From positions 1,600,001-1,664,000 of the forward strand of contig OZ242274.1 of the NCBI GenBank assembly GCA_965207375.1: 64,000 bases of DNA, read 5' to 3'. Of this stretch, positions 10,266-18,940 are shown piece by piece (positions within the stretch are counted from its first letter, which is position 1; each line of letters starts with the position of its first letter). A program made the position numbers and the translations under genes. The stretch is from Nitrosopumilaceae archaeon (GTDB lineage Archaea > Thermoproteota > Nitrososphaeria > Nitrososphaerales > Nitrosopumilaceae). The notes under the pieces are model-generated. The model was not told the origin of the DNA. It searched no databases and worked only from the letters and a program-made list of their open reading frames with translations.

Positions 10266-10380
10266 GCCGGGGTAGCTCAGCCTGGTTAGAGTGCCAGTTT
10301 CATTGGTAAATTCTAGCAGTTCTCCAACTAAGGCAATACTCATAATCTGGAGGTCGCGAGTTCGAAACTCGCCCCCGGCA
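10266..10380 (+). tRNA. tRNA-Met(CAU), elongator type, with a 40-nt intron (10298-10337) at position 30/31
   Basis: Acceptor stem GCCGGGG/CCCCGGC-A, D arm, T loop GTTCGAA; removing the intron gives anticodon arm CCAGA-CTCATAA-TCTGG; BHB motif: TGCC/GGCA helix with AGT and ATA bulges. Confidence 0.93.
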
Positions 10381-10519
10381 TTACATCCTGTTTGTTTTTT
10401 GTAGATCTTGCGATCGCAAGTTTTTGATCGATAAAATATTGACTAATTTTTGTATAAAACCAAACAAAACAAATTTTGCACAAGTTTTATTAATATGGAA
10501 TTCATCCTTTCATCGATTT

Positions 10520-10876
10520 ATGGCAGAAAAAATCGTAAAAAAGACTCCAAAGACTAAGGGAGTAAAAGACAAGCCTGTCAAGGCCAAGGCAAAAAAACCC
10601 AAGACTACAGACAAGCCCAAAACAAAGACAAAACCCAAGGTCACAAAGACAAAACCCAAGGTAACAAAACCAAAAGCAACAAAACCCAAGGTAACAAAAC
10701 CAAAAGCAACAAAACCCAAGGTCCCAAAGTCAAAACCCCAAAAAAAAGTAAAAGAGGAAACAGTAGATATGGGAATAGTCATAGTAGAAGATGAGATAAC
10801 CATTGATCAGGAGAAAATCAACGAAGAACGACGAGCATATCTTGAGGAAGCAAGGTCTCAAGATGCCTTTGATTGA
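10520..10876 (+). CDS. Lys/Pro/Thr-rich low-complexity protein with acidic C-terminal domain
   Basis: KPKVT/KPKAT tandem repeats (30-bp DNA unit around 10651-10710) followed by EDEITIDQEKINEERRAYLEEARSQ; start moved to ATG 10520. Confidence 0.75.
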   Translation: MAEKIVKKTPKTKGVKDKPVKAKAKKPKTTDKPKTKTKPKVTKTKPKVTKPKATKPKVTKPKATKPKVPKSKPQKKVKEETVDMGIVIVEDEITIDQEKINEERRAYLEEARSQDAFD

Positions 10877-10911
10877 GCAATCCTTATCATCATTGGTGTT
10901 TTAGTGATATT

Positions 10912-11151
10912 ATGCGTGCTTTGTGTATGATTACTGTAAAGCCAGGAAAGGTGGATGTAGTAGTTGGAGTTTTGAAGAAAAAACGCAAGATTTCAAAAGA
11001 AATCATGATAGTTACTGGCAGGGCAGATATCTGCGTCCTGCTTACAGGCTCAATTGATGAGATAAACAATTTGGTAATTGATTTTAAAAAAATCAAAGAG
11101 ATTGAAACTACTGAGACGCTAATTGAGGTGGAGGTCAATTTAGGATGGTAA
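10912..11151 (+). CDS. stand-alone Lrp/AsnC ligand-binding (RAM) domain protein
   Basis: MRALCMITVKPG...VTGRADI...ETTETLI pattern; start moved to ATG 10912. Confidence 0.85.
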   Translation: MRALCMITVKPGKVDVVVGVLKKKRKISKEIMIVTGRADICVLLTGSIDEINNLVIDFKKIKEIETTETLIEVEVNLGW

Positions 11152-11363
11152 GGGCCATAGTTTTAGTAAAATCACCCAAAAAACTGATTGCAGCAAGATT
11201 ACGCAAAGTACAGGCAATTTACGACTCTTTTCCCACAAGTGGACAGTTTGATGCAGTTGCCATAATCGAGGTCAAAGAACTATCCATGATAAAAGATGTG
11301 ACCCTTGAAATTCAAAAGATCAATGGTGTAGAAAGAACAGAAACCATGGTAGAGGTTCAATGA
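11145..11363 (+). CDS. stand-alone Lrp/AsnC ligand-binding (RAM) domain protein
   Basis: TSGQFDAVAII...INGVERTETM. Confidence 0.85.
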   Translation: MVRAIVLVKSPKKLIAARLRKVQAIYDSFPTSGQFDAVAIIEVKELSMIKDVTLEIQKINGVERTETMVEVQ

Positions 11364-11411
11364 CTCTTTTACAACAGTTTGTTTTTATGTTACTTTTACA
11401 TACACAATAGA

Positions 11412-11825
11412 GTGAATATCAAAAAAGTTGGAAACGTAATTCTGGCAGTACAGGACATTGATAAATCTCTAGAGTTTTATCATGATCTCATAGGTTTGCC
11501 AATCAAGAACCAAAGACGCTCATGGGTGGATTTGGGAACTAGCGGCGCACTATTGAGCTTGCATCCGGCCTCACTTACAGCAGAACACATTGGAAGTTCC
11601 ATTGAAAATGGAATTACCGTTGGTTTTTTGGTTGGTGATGTTGAATCTGCAGTTGCCGAATTAAAGGAAAATGGCGTTCGCATATACAGAGACATTACAA
11701 AAAGAGAGGCAGGAAAAAATGCAATTGTATTGGATCCTGACGACTATCTGGTGTCATTGTTTGAACCCACATTTGAAGACAAAGCCCAGCAAACAGGCGG
11801 ATATCAAGGATTCACTCCGGCCTGA
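11412..11825 (+). CDS. VOC/glyoxalase-family protein
   Basis: VILAVQDIDKSLEFYHDLIGL, FLVGDVESAVAELKENGV, DPDDY; probable GTG start. Confidence 0.9.
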   Translation: MNIKKVGNVILAVQDIDKSLEFYHDLIGLPIKNQRRSWVDLGTSGALLSLHPASLTAEHIGSSIENGITVGFLVGDVESAVAELKENGVRIYRDITKREAGKNAIVLDPDDYLVSLFEPTFEDKAQQTGGYQGFTPA

Positions 11826-12210
11826 ATTGCCTTTTTTATTTTTGTAAAACTCAGTTTAGATATTACATTTAATTTTGAATTTTAATTTGAGGGGAGTTTA
11901 ATTTGAGAAAATCGAGACTTTTGTTTCGTGATATAGTCGTAGATGATTCTAGTTTAAAATTGCAATTATATTCAAATCTCAGATCAAAGATTTCACTGAA
12001 ACATTGTAGCGAATTATACGTTGTTGATGGGTTAACTGATGAAAAAGTTATCTTTTTATCAGCTAAGCGAAATGTGGCCAAAATCCTAGTCTGGCGGCGG
12101 CTTGGACTAATACATCAACTCAAAATCCATCTGTACTTTGAAAACTAGCATGGTCATAATACTCTGCAATCTTTTTTCTGCCCAACGATTAATTAAGTGA
12201 TTTTTTTTAA

Positions 12211-12597
12211 CTAAATTGTACGTTTTATCTTTAAAATCAAATTAGATATGCTTTGTACATCTGACTCTATTGAGATATAGTATACGTAATTGTTTTTTTG
12301 CAACAGTACGATGTAGACTTTATCATGCTGGATAGTAATGTGATCCAACTTGCCAATGGGTTTGACAAATTCCCTTCTCATGTTTAACAGACTCGATATC
12401 AAAAAAAACTCATTTTTAGTGTGATCAGTATTTAATAGTGGTTTTGTATCAGAACGCAACATTCCGGTCATGGTTCTTCCATATTGGTTTATCACCCCAA
12501 CATAACGAATTTTTTTAGAAAGTTTTAGTATGTTTTGACAATTTTTCCTCAATTTTACGATATTTGAATTCCATTTGTCCGAAGGTGTTTTGACCAT
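12211..12597 (-). CDS. thaumarchaeal roadblock/profilin-like protein (DUF6659-like)
   Basis: CQNILKLSKKIRYVGVINQYGR...MRREF...IGKL pattern; start assumed at MVKTP. Confidence 0.65.
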   Translation of the reverse strand: MVKTPSDKWNSNIVKLRKNCQNILKLSKKIRYVGVINQYGRTMTGMLRSDTKPLLNTDHTKNEFFLISSLLNMRREFVKPIGKLDHITIQHDKVYIVLLQKNNYVYYISIESDVQSISNLILKIKRTI

Positions 12598-12631
12598 AAT
12601 CAACAATTCTTTAAAATTTCTCCCAAACTTC

Positions 12632-13000
12632 CTATGGATTTGGTTTGGTTGTCTCATCTAGATGTTTTTTAAGTTCAAGGTTTTCCTTCATCAGTTTTTC
12701 ATTTTCTGATTTTAAAATACTGACTGATATTTGCTTTGTGTACAGCGGATGTCCCGGAGGAATAATTCTAGAGTTTTGTAATTGTAATAATTCTGAGGCA
12801 TGTTTTTGATACATTTGTTGGAAATCTTCAATATTTGGCATCAATGATGAGGCATCTCTTGTAATTTTTCTAGGCGTGCTAAAACTACTAGTCATAGGAT
12901 GCATCAATCCAGGAGGCAATCTTGGAAATTGCAAACTAGGCGGTATGACATTTGGGTTTAATCCAAAGAGTGTTTGCATGTGATGTACTGCTTCATCCAT
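12632..13000 (-). CDS. hypothetical protein, Pro-rich with C-terminal coiled coil
   Basis: 122-aa ORF; IIPPGHPLY followed by LKSENEKLMKENLELKK heptads. Confidence 0.7.
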   Translation of the reverse strand: MDEAVHHMQTLFGLNPNVIPPSLQFPRLPPGLMHPMTSSFSTPRKITRDASSLMPNIEDFQQMYQKHASELLQLQNSRIIPPGHPLYTKQISVSILKSENEKLMKENLELKKHLDETTKPNP

Positions 13001-13037
13001 GTTTTTTAATAAAAAAAGGTGTATTTTTGCCTTTGCT

Positions 13038-13133
13038 CAGCAAAGCCAAATGTGGCCCAAATTCTTAATCTGCCACGATTCTCTGCATTTTGGGATAGAT
13101 TTTGGCCTATTTTGCCCATATTTTGCTTAGATG
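13038..13133 (+). mobile_element. MITE family A copy
   Basis: CAGCAAAGCCAAATGTGG...core TTTTGGGATAGATTTTGGCCTATTTT...TTTTGCTTAGATG, shared with 17267, 17835, 21157, 50659. Confidence 0.8.
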
Positions 13134-13371
13134 TTACTAAATATACTGATTAGTTAAATTAAAGTCGTTTTTTGTAAAAAACAGTTGATCGCAGATCCTT
13201 ATAGAATATGCTAATTTGATCGCAGTTACTGATGGAGGGAATAAAACACTGCATACGGTGTAAAAAAGAAATTAAAAAGGCAGACTTGCATAAAATCGTA
13301 ATTTATGTAGTTAGAGACAGATTCACCGAGCACCATTACGAACATGTCGAATGTCCTGACAAATTCACAGT

Positions 13372-14154
13372 CTAGATGTACTCATAAACAGGATATAACT
13401 TTCCGCTGGTTCTAGAATGATACTTCCATTCGTTATTTTTCCAGACTATTAATTTGAATTCTTTTTGTGAATCTGGATGCAATCTAGAGTATACGTCTTC
13501 GCCGATAAGAATCTGATTAGGCTTTGCCATAGATTGGATTTTTGCAGCAATATTCATTGGAGGGCCCATAATATCTACGTGAGATTGCCTTGCATCAGCA
13601 CCGTACCGTACAATGATGTTTTGACCGTAATCGATTCCGATTTTAACCTTCAAATCTGGATAATCATACTGATTTAGAATTGGATTTATTCCATTTTCAA
13701 TAACTGTAATCATTGATTTGGCAGCACCTACTGCATTATCTGCTGCAAGCAACGAGTTTTCTTCAGCTATAAAGTATCCAATAACTGCATCACCTACAAA
13801 TTTTAAAACAAACCCATTATACCGATGAATGACAGATGCCATTTCTTGGGCAAAGGAACTGATAATTATTGCAATTTTTTCACTGGGAAGCTCTAATGTC
13901 ATTTGAGTGGATCCTACCAGATCAACGTAAAGTGAAATCATGTTCATCCGTTCAAACACATGCTTGCGCAAAAATTCTTCAGAATTATCAGTAACACCTG
14001 CATACTCGTATCCTTTTTTTAGTGCCCCCCAAACTCGGACCTGTGTGTCCTTGATTAATGCCTCTGAATCTTTAACCTCTATGTTATTTTTACCCATTAC
14101 AATATCAATTACGTCTGGTCCCAAATCCTGATTACTAGTGTTATTTTTACTCAT
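13372..14154 (-). CDS. class III adenylate/guanylate cyclase domain protein
   Basis: LYVDLVGST, LKFVGDAV, KIGIDYG, DIMGPPMNIAAKIQSMAKPNQILIG. Confidence 0.92.
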   Translation of the reverse strand: MSKNNTSNQDLGPDVIDIVMGKNNIEVKDSEALIKDTQVRVWGALKKGYEYAGVTDNSEEFLRKHVFERMNMISLYVDLVGSTQMTLELPSEKIAIIISSFAQEMASVIHRYNGFVLKFVGDAVIGYFIAEENSLLAADNAVGAAKSMITVIENGINPILNQYDYPDLKVKIGIDYGQNIIVRYGADARQSHVDIMGPPMNIAAKIQSMAKPNQILIGEDVYSRLHPDSQKEFKLIVWKNNEWKYHSRTSGKLYPVYEYI

Positions 14155-14160
14155 GTATCA

Positions 14161-14277
14161 TCACTCTAAAGGAAAGTCAATCCCACATATTTGACATCTT
14201 CCTCTTTTACCCTTGTATTTGTCATTATAGTACTCTATTAGATCATTGTTACAGTTATCACACGTCCACTTGCTCAT
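14161..14277 (-). CDS. 38-aa CxxC...CxxC zinc-ribbon microprotein (not in ORF track)
   Basis: MSKWTCDNCNNDLIEYYNDKYKGKRGRCQICGIDFPLE*; stop lies 6 nt before the cyclase ATG. Confidence 0.75.
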   Translation of the reverse strand: MSKWTCDNCNNDLIEYYNDKYKGKRGRCQICGIDFPLE

Positions 14278-14350
14278 GATTTAATTTGACGCTTTTTGTA
14301 TTTAAAATGATTCACTCAATATTTAATGTGGGCATAATCAAATATTCTAC

Positions 14351-15184
14351 ATGAGAATAGGAAACAATTCTACAAACGAATTCATTCTCCAACTCAACGA
14401 TGTTAATAAAAAAATTCAAGATAAATTTGTAGAAAAAATGAAACAAAAAACTATTGCAGTTCCAGCAAAGGTGATGTTAGGGAATTGCACAATAACTGAA
14501 CAGTTAACATTTGATCCAATTTTGGTACAAAATTATTTTAAAACAATAACTCAAAATTTACAAGGATGGACCATTCGCGACATAACCATTACAAACAATG
14601 AAGATATCAGAAGAATATTTGTAAAATATCAGGTAAAAGAGGGAAATTATTTGCTATCAGGACACATGTCTATTCAGTTTCATGTTTTGTTGTATTACAA
14701 GACAGATCACAGAGTCATAGAGGCACAAAAAGAGCTATCACAAATTATTGATTTGACAAAGGAAAAAGAAACAAAACTTGCAGATCAAAATGATCAATTT
14801 GTAATTGACAGATTACATGAGCTAGGATATACAGATTTGGATCATGAAAAATTATTTGAGATCCTTTTTGAAAACGACAAACTGCGAGAAAAAATATATC
14901 AAGACATTTATGAAAATTCGGATGTAGATTTTGAGAAATTATCAAAACAAAAGCAGAATCTGTTTGATGAGCTAGATTGTTTACTAGTTGAAACATATCA
15001 AACAAGTTCTGTATTAATTGATGATGCAAGACTAGTTACAGGGGAGGAAGGGTATCTGTGCACCTTTGATTTGGAATATGTAAAAGGAAACATACGTGAA
15101 GGCTTGTTTGATCCGAAAAAAATCCCAAATGCTATACAAGAGGATCTCAGAAAAAGACTGGTAGATTTTGAAAATTTACTATAA
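14351..15184 (+). CDS. conserved hypothetical protein
   Basis: 277-aa uninterrupted ORF; no motif recognised. Confidence 0.8.
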   Translation: MRIGNNSTNEFILQLNDVNKKIQDKFVEKMKQKTIAVPAKVMLGNCTITEQLTFDPILVQNYFKTITQNLQGWTIRDITITNNEDIRRIFVKYQVKEGNYLLSGHMSIQFHVLLYYKTDHRVIEAQKELSQIIDLTKEKETKLADQNDQFVIDRLHELGYTDLDHEKLFEILFENDKLREKIYQDIYENSDVDFEKLSKQKQNLFDELDCLLVETYQTSSVLIDDARLVTGEEGYLCTFDLEYVKGNIREGLFDPKKIPNAIQEDLRKRLVDFENLL

Positions 15185-15186
15185 TC

Positions 15187-15261
15187 GTACTTTGTAGAGT
15201 TGATTTGTACCTAAATGATGACATAATGATTGAAAAATTAGTCATGAGTTAAACCAAGTAC
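15187..15261 (-). mobile_element. MITE family B (IS66-type ends) with 8-bp TSD CTATAATC
   Basis: GTAC...CAAGTAC ends; CTATAATC at 15179-15186 and 15262-15269; core matches 18738 and 61816 copies. Confidence 0.85.
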
Positions 15262-15266
15262 CTATA

Positions 15267-15323
15267 ATCAAGAGGCCTAGAACTGAGGAGGGTTTTCCTC
15301 TAGGGGAGATCCGGCCTCCCGAC
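15267..15323 (-). ncRNA. candidate structured small RNA of unknown class
   Basis: GC-rich island; minus-strand 11-bp closing stem GUCGGGAGGCC/GGCCUCUUGAU with G-U pairs; inner hairpin GAGG-AAAAC-CCUC; TATATA about 25 nt upstream. Confidence 0.4.
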
Positions 15324-15445
15324 ATACTTTGATCGCTATAACGCAAGTATATAGGCATTTACTGAAAAATATGCCTAGTTTTTCTGCCAAAAAATCAAAG
15401 AAAATACAACAAGTCAAATATATCACTAGACTGCAAAATGTTCTC

Positions 15446-16651
15446 ATGAATCCAACATTACAAGAGGTAGAAAAGGCAAACAAAATACGTGGAACCGTAA
15501 TTAGAAAAACACCTCTGGTATATTCTCCAATATTTAGTAATTTAACCGGTTCTGAGATTTATTTCAAATCAGAGTTTCAGCAAAAAACTGGTTCGTTTAA
15601 AATTCGAGGAGCATATTATAAGGTTCAAACGCTCTCAGAGGACGAAAAAAGAAAAGGCGTAGTGGCAGCTTCTGCTGGCAACCATGCACAGGGGGTAGCA
15701 TATGCTGCAGCAACTAAGAATATTCCTTGTACCATAGTCATGCCAAAGACTGCATCTCCTGCAAAGGTAGCTGCAACTAGGGGATACGGGGCAAATGTAC
15801 TATTAGAAGGCAGTAACTATGATGAATCATCTGCAAAGGCATTACAAATATCGCAACAAACCGGAGCAACAATAATTCATGCATTTGATGACCCGCAGAT
15901 AATTGCAGCACAGGGCGTAATAGGATTAGAGATTCTAGAGGACCTGCCAGATGTTGATGAAATTTACGTTCCTATTGGCGGCGGCGGACTAGCAGCGGGT
16001 GTTTTAATTGCAGTAAAGGCAAAAAATCCAAATGTCAGAATAATTGGAGTCCAGTCTGCATCTTTTCCATCAATGAAGACTTCTTTACAGCAAAACTCTT
16101 TGGTTACTGATGGTGGAGACAGGACAATAGCTGACGGCATTTCGGTAAAAACACCTGGAAGAATTACATTTGAAATCATTCGAAAACTAATTGATGAAAT
16201 TGTTCTAGTAGAGGATAATGAAATTATCAAGACTATGTTTTTGCTAATGGAGAGAAGCAAAGTTGTAGTAGAGCCTGCAGGTGCAGTTAGTTTGGCATAT
16301 TTGCAGGCAAACAAGCCGTCTCCTGGCAAGAAGGTCGTAGCAGTTATGGGTGGAGGAAATGTTGACATGTATTTGTTGGGACAGATTGTAGACAAGGGCC
16401 TAGCAGCAGTAGGAAGACTGTTAAAAATTGAGATAATGTTACGTGACAAACCAGGCGCATTAAAAGAGGTGGTAGATGAAATAACTGCAGTTAATGCAAA
16501 CATTGTGGAAGTCATTCATGACAGAATCAGTTTTGATGTAAATGCAGGCTCTGTAAGTGTGACTTTGAGCTTGGAAACTGAAGGTAGGGAGCATGCAGAA
16601 AAACTAGTAGAGCATTTAAAGCAAAAAAACATTGAATTTAAGCTAAAATAG
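15446..16651 (+). CDS. ilvA: threonine ammonia-lyase with C-terminal ACT domain
   Basis: QKTGSFKIRGA (PLP Lys), ASAGNHAQG, PIGGGGL, GGGNVD, LRDKPGAL; start moved to ATG 15446. Confidence 0.95.
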   Translation: MNPTLQEVEKANKIRGTVIRKTPLVYSPIFSNLTGSEIYFKSEFQQKTGSFKIRGAYYKVQTLSEDEKRKGVVAASAGNHAQGVAYAAATKNIPCTIVMPKTASPAKVAATRGYGANVLLEGSNYDESSAKALQISQQTGATIIHAFDDPQIIAAQGVIGLEILEDLPDVDEIYVPIGGGGLAAGVLIAVKAKNPNVRIIGVQSASFPSMKTSLQQNSLVTDGGDRTIADGISVKTPGRITFEIIRKLIDEIVLVEDNEIIKTMFLLMERSKVVVEPAGAVSLAYLQANKPSPGKKVVAVMGGGNVDMYLLGQIVDKGLAAVGRLLKIEIMLRDKPGALKEVVDEITAVNANIVEVIHDRISFDVNAGSVSVTLSLETEGREHAEKLVEHLKQKNIEFKLK

Positions 16652-16653
16652 CC

Positions 16654-17223
16654 TTAATGGAATTTTTTTTCGTGAAATTTTACTAGTCCGTACTTTTTCA
16701 TCTCTTCGGATTCTTTGAGAACAGATTTGTGCTGGTTGATTTTATGCTGTTTTAGTTTATTTCTCAATTGTTCTGATTCATTTGCTAGTATTTTCAATGC
16801 ATAAATGGCAGCATTTGCAGCCTTGTTAATTCCAACGGTTGCAACAGGTGACCCGTTTGGCATCTCTGAGATTGACAACAGTGAATCCATTCCTCCAAAT
16901 GCAGAAAAGTTGGTCTTTGATTTTTTATGTTCTTTGTCATTGTACACCAAAATTGGAACGCCAATAACCGGTATTATAGTAAATGAGGCAATCATTCCAG
17001 GCAGATGTGCTGCACCTCCTGCTCCTGCAATTATTGCCTTTAGGCCGGTTTGTTCTGCATGTACGGTATAGTCTTGCAATCTTGATGGAGTTCTGTGTGC
17101 AGAAACAATCTGATCCTCATGTGTGATTTTAAACTCGTCTAGAATCTCTGCTGCACCCTTCATGATTCTGCTATCTGAGCTTGAGCCCATAATAATTCCG
17201 ATCAGGGGCTTTTTTGTAACCAT
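16654..17223 (-). CDS. purE: N5-carboxyaminoimidazole ribonucleotide mutase
   Basis: IIMGSSSD, SAHRTP, AGAGGAAHLPGM, MPNGSPVATV. Confidence 0.96.
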   Translation of the reverse strand: MVTKKPLIGIIMGSSSDSRIMKGAAEILDEFKITHEDQIVSAHRTPSRLQDYTVHAEQTGLKAIIAGAGGAAHLPGMIASFTIIPVIGVPILVYNDKEHKKSKTNFSAFGGMDSLLSISEMPNGSPVATVGINKAANAAIYALKILANESEQLRNKLKQHKINQHKSVLKESEEMKKYGLVKFHEKKFH

Positions 17224-17266
17224 GCATAAAGTGAATCGATGATGTTTTTATCTATAACTATATAAT

Positions 17267-17367
17267 CAGCTAAGCAAAATGTGACCCAAATTCTTACCCC
17301 GCCCATATTGTTCTGTTTACATTTTGGGATAGATTTTGGCCTATTTTTTCCACATTTCATTTAGATG
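17267..17367 (+). mobile_element. MITE family A copy (left of the RelBE module)
   Basis: CAGCTAAGCAAAATGTG...CACATTTCATTTAGATG; flanks ATAAT/ACAAT. Confidence 0.8.
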
Positions 17368-17410
17368 ACAATTACAAATATTTTTAATCTACAATTGCAT
17401 ATGTAAATAC

Positions 17411-17551
17411 ATGTCAAATACAAAACAGATTGATTCTCCGCCACTTACAGAGGCAGAGATTGTAGATGTGGAATATTTTCGTGCCCATCCAGAAGAACAC
17501 AAGGTCATGACACCTGAGGAATTTTTCAAAGAAATACATGGCAGTAGTTGA
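17411..17551 (+). CDS. 46-aa acidic putative antitoxin (not in ORF track)
   Basis: MSNTKQIDSPPLTEAEIVDVEYFRAHPEEHKVMTPEEFFKEIHGSS*; ends 2 nt before relE. Confidence 0.7.
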   Translation: MSNTKQIDSPPLTEAEIVDVEYFRAHPEEHKVMTPEEFFKEIHGSS

Positions 17552-17553
17552 AT

Positions 17554-17817
17554 ATGTGGAATCTGAAGATCAACGGCAGATTCGTCAAACAATACAAGAA
17601 TTTAGATTTGCAGATACAACAATTGGCAGACAAGGCAATATCAAACATTACATCGTCTCAAAACCCGTCTGATCTTGGCGTATACAAGTCCAATATCGGA
17701 GCATTTGCATATGAGCTTGGTAGAAAATACCGTATCATCTACTCAGTTACACATATGGAAAAAACAGTTGAACTTTTACGAATATGTGATCACAAATCAG
17801 TTTATGGTAAGGACTGA
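17554..17817 (+). CDS. relE: RelE/ParE-family toxin
   Basis: RFVKQYKNL, YELGRKYRIIYSV, LLRICDHKSVY. Confidence 0.85.
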   Translation: MWNLKINGRFVKQYKNLDLQIQQLADKAISNITSSQNPSDLGVYKSNIGAFAYELGRKYRIIYSVTHMEKTVELLRICDHKSVYGKD

Positions 17818-17834
17818 TTCTGTATAGTTATAGA

Positions 17835-17931
17835 CATCTAAGCAAAATATAGTCCAAATTCTTACCCTGCCACTGTTCTCTGCATTTTTGGGATAGATTT
17901 TGGCCTATTTTGCACACATTTTGCTTAGCAG
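17835..17931 (+). mobile_element. MITE family A copy (right of the RelBE module)
   Basis: CATCTAAGCAAAATATAG...CACATTTTGCTTAGCAG. Confidence 0.8.
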
Positions 17932-18358
17932 ATGATATCATTGTGATTTTTTGTAACGTCTGATTTTTCCCATATTTGTAGGTCTCTTGGTGACTATCTT
18001 GTTTAGTTATGGAATTGACTGATATTTCACTATTGATTTTTTACCAAGATCCGGCACGCAGTCAAGGATTTTTCATATGGGTGTTAATGTAGACGAATCT
18101 AGGAAAGAATTCCATATGCCTTGGACCTAAAGATGATCCATCAAAGGTAAAATAGAATAATGTAATCAAGGCATTGGATTATTCTTTGAGCAGAGCAGAT
18201 CATTGCCTAGATTCCTTTGATGAAATGCTTGTATTGCTTTCAAAACAGACTAGAGCAATATGTGTCAAAACACATTGTAAGATTCAAACCCAGAATCAAA
18301 AAACATTCAGATTTGTGCAAATAGTGATTCAAATCCACTATAATTTACGGTGATGCTC

Positions 18359-18496
18359 TCACATCTGGTTTTTCTTTAATTCGTTTAAGGCGTATTCTAT
18401 TCCATGAGATCTGCTTGAGAATTTTCTGGATTTGATTTCCGAGTCTAACCATTCGCACAGTTCCTTGTCAATAGACACACTGAATTTTGGTTTCAT
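18359..18496 (-). CDS. 45-aa ribbon-helix-helix (CopG-like) protein (not in ORF track)
   Basis: MKPKFSVSIDKELCEWLDSEIKSRKFSSRSHGIEYALNELKKNQM*: alternating beta strand plus the SRSxxI helix signature. Confidence 0.8.
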   Translation of the reverse strand: MKPKFSVSIDKELCEWLDSEIKSRKFSSRSHGIEYALNELKKNQM

Positions 18497-18737
18497 GATG
18501 TTCTCCTAATGGAACATCAGATACTATTTTAAATAAACATGATCAAAGTAATGCTGTTGGTATCAGAATCAGAATTTAAGAAAAAACCATTTCCTTCTTT
18601 GAGTGGCACAATACGATATCACACTGTAAAAAAGGCAGACAAGGAAGATAGTGACGATGACTAGTGGTTTGCAATATTTTGCAGTCCATAATTATAAAAA
18701 AATGATATGGGTTTGAAAGTCCCCTTGTAGCTTTTTG

Positions 18738-18820
18738 GTACTTGTTTACCTCATGTCTAATTTTTCAATCACTATGTCATCATTTAGGTACAAATCAACT
18801 GCCACTACGTGAACAAATAC
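18738..18820 (+). mobile_element. MITE family B (IS66-type ends) with 8-bp TSD GCTTTTTG
   Basis: GTACTTGTTTAC...GTGAACAAATAC, nearly identical to the IRs of the intact IS66 at 44154; GCTTTTTG on both sides. Confidence 0.9.
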
Positions 18821-18940
18821 GCTTTTTGCCATAATTGTGTGTATGTGGGGCTACTGTGGCCTTGCGTATGATATATTACAAAATTGCACATTTTAGACAA
18901 ACGATAAATTATGAATAAGGGGGGAAAATTTGTAGGTAAA

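Noticed and set aside
11869-12148. ORFs 11903-12148 (+) and 11869-12081 (-)
   Set aside because: No recognisable motif and weak starts; likely spurious or degraded sequence
15216-15285. C/D box sRNA (ATGATGA...CTGA), also at about 61853
   Set aside because: The C-box-like sequence lies inside MITE family B, which is bounded by TSDs, and the spacing does not fit a 50-60-nt archaeal guide
15282-15310. Hammerhead ribozyme core (CTGAGGA) or RNase P fragment (GAGGAAA on the minus strand)
   Set aside because: No GAAA after stem II, and the island is far too short for RNase P RNA
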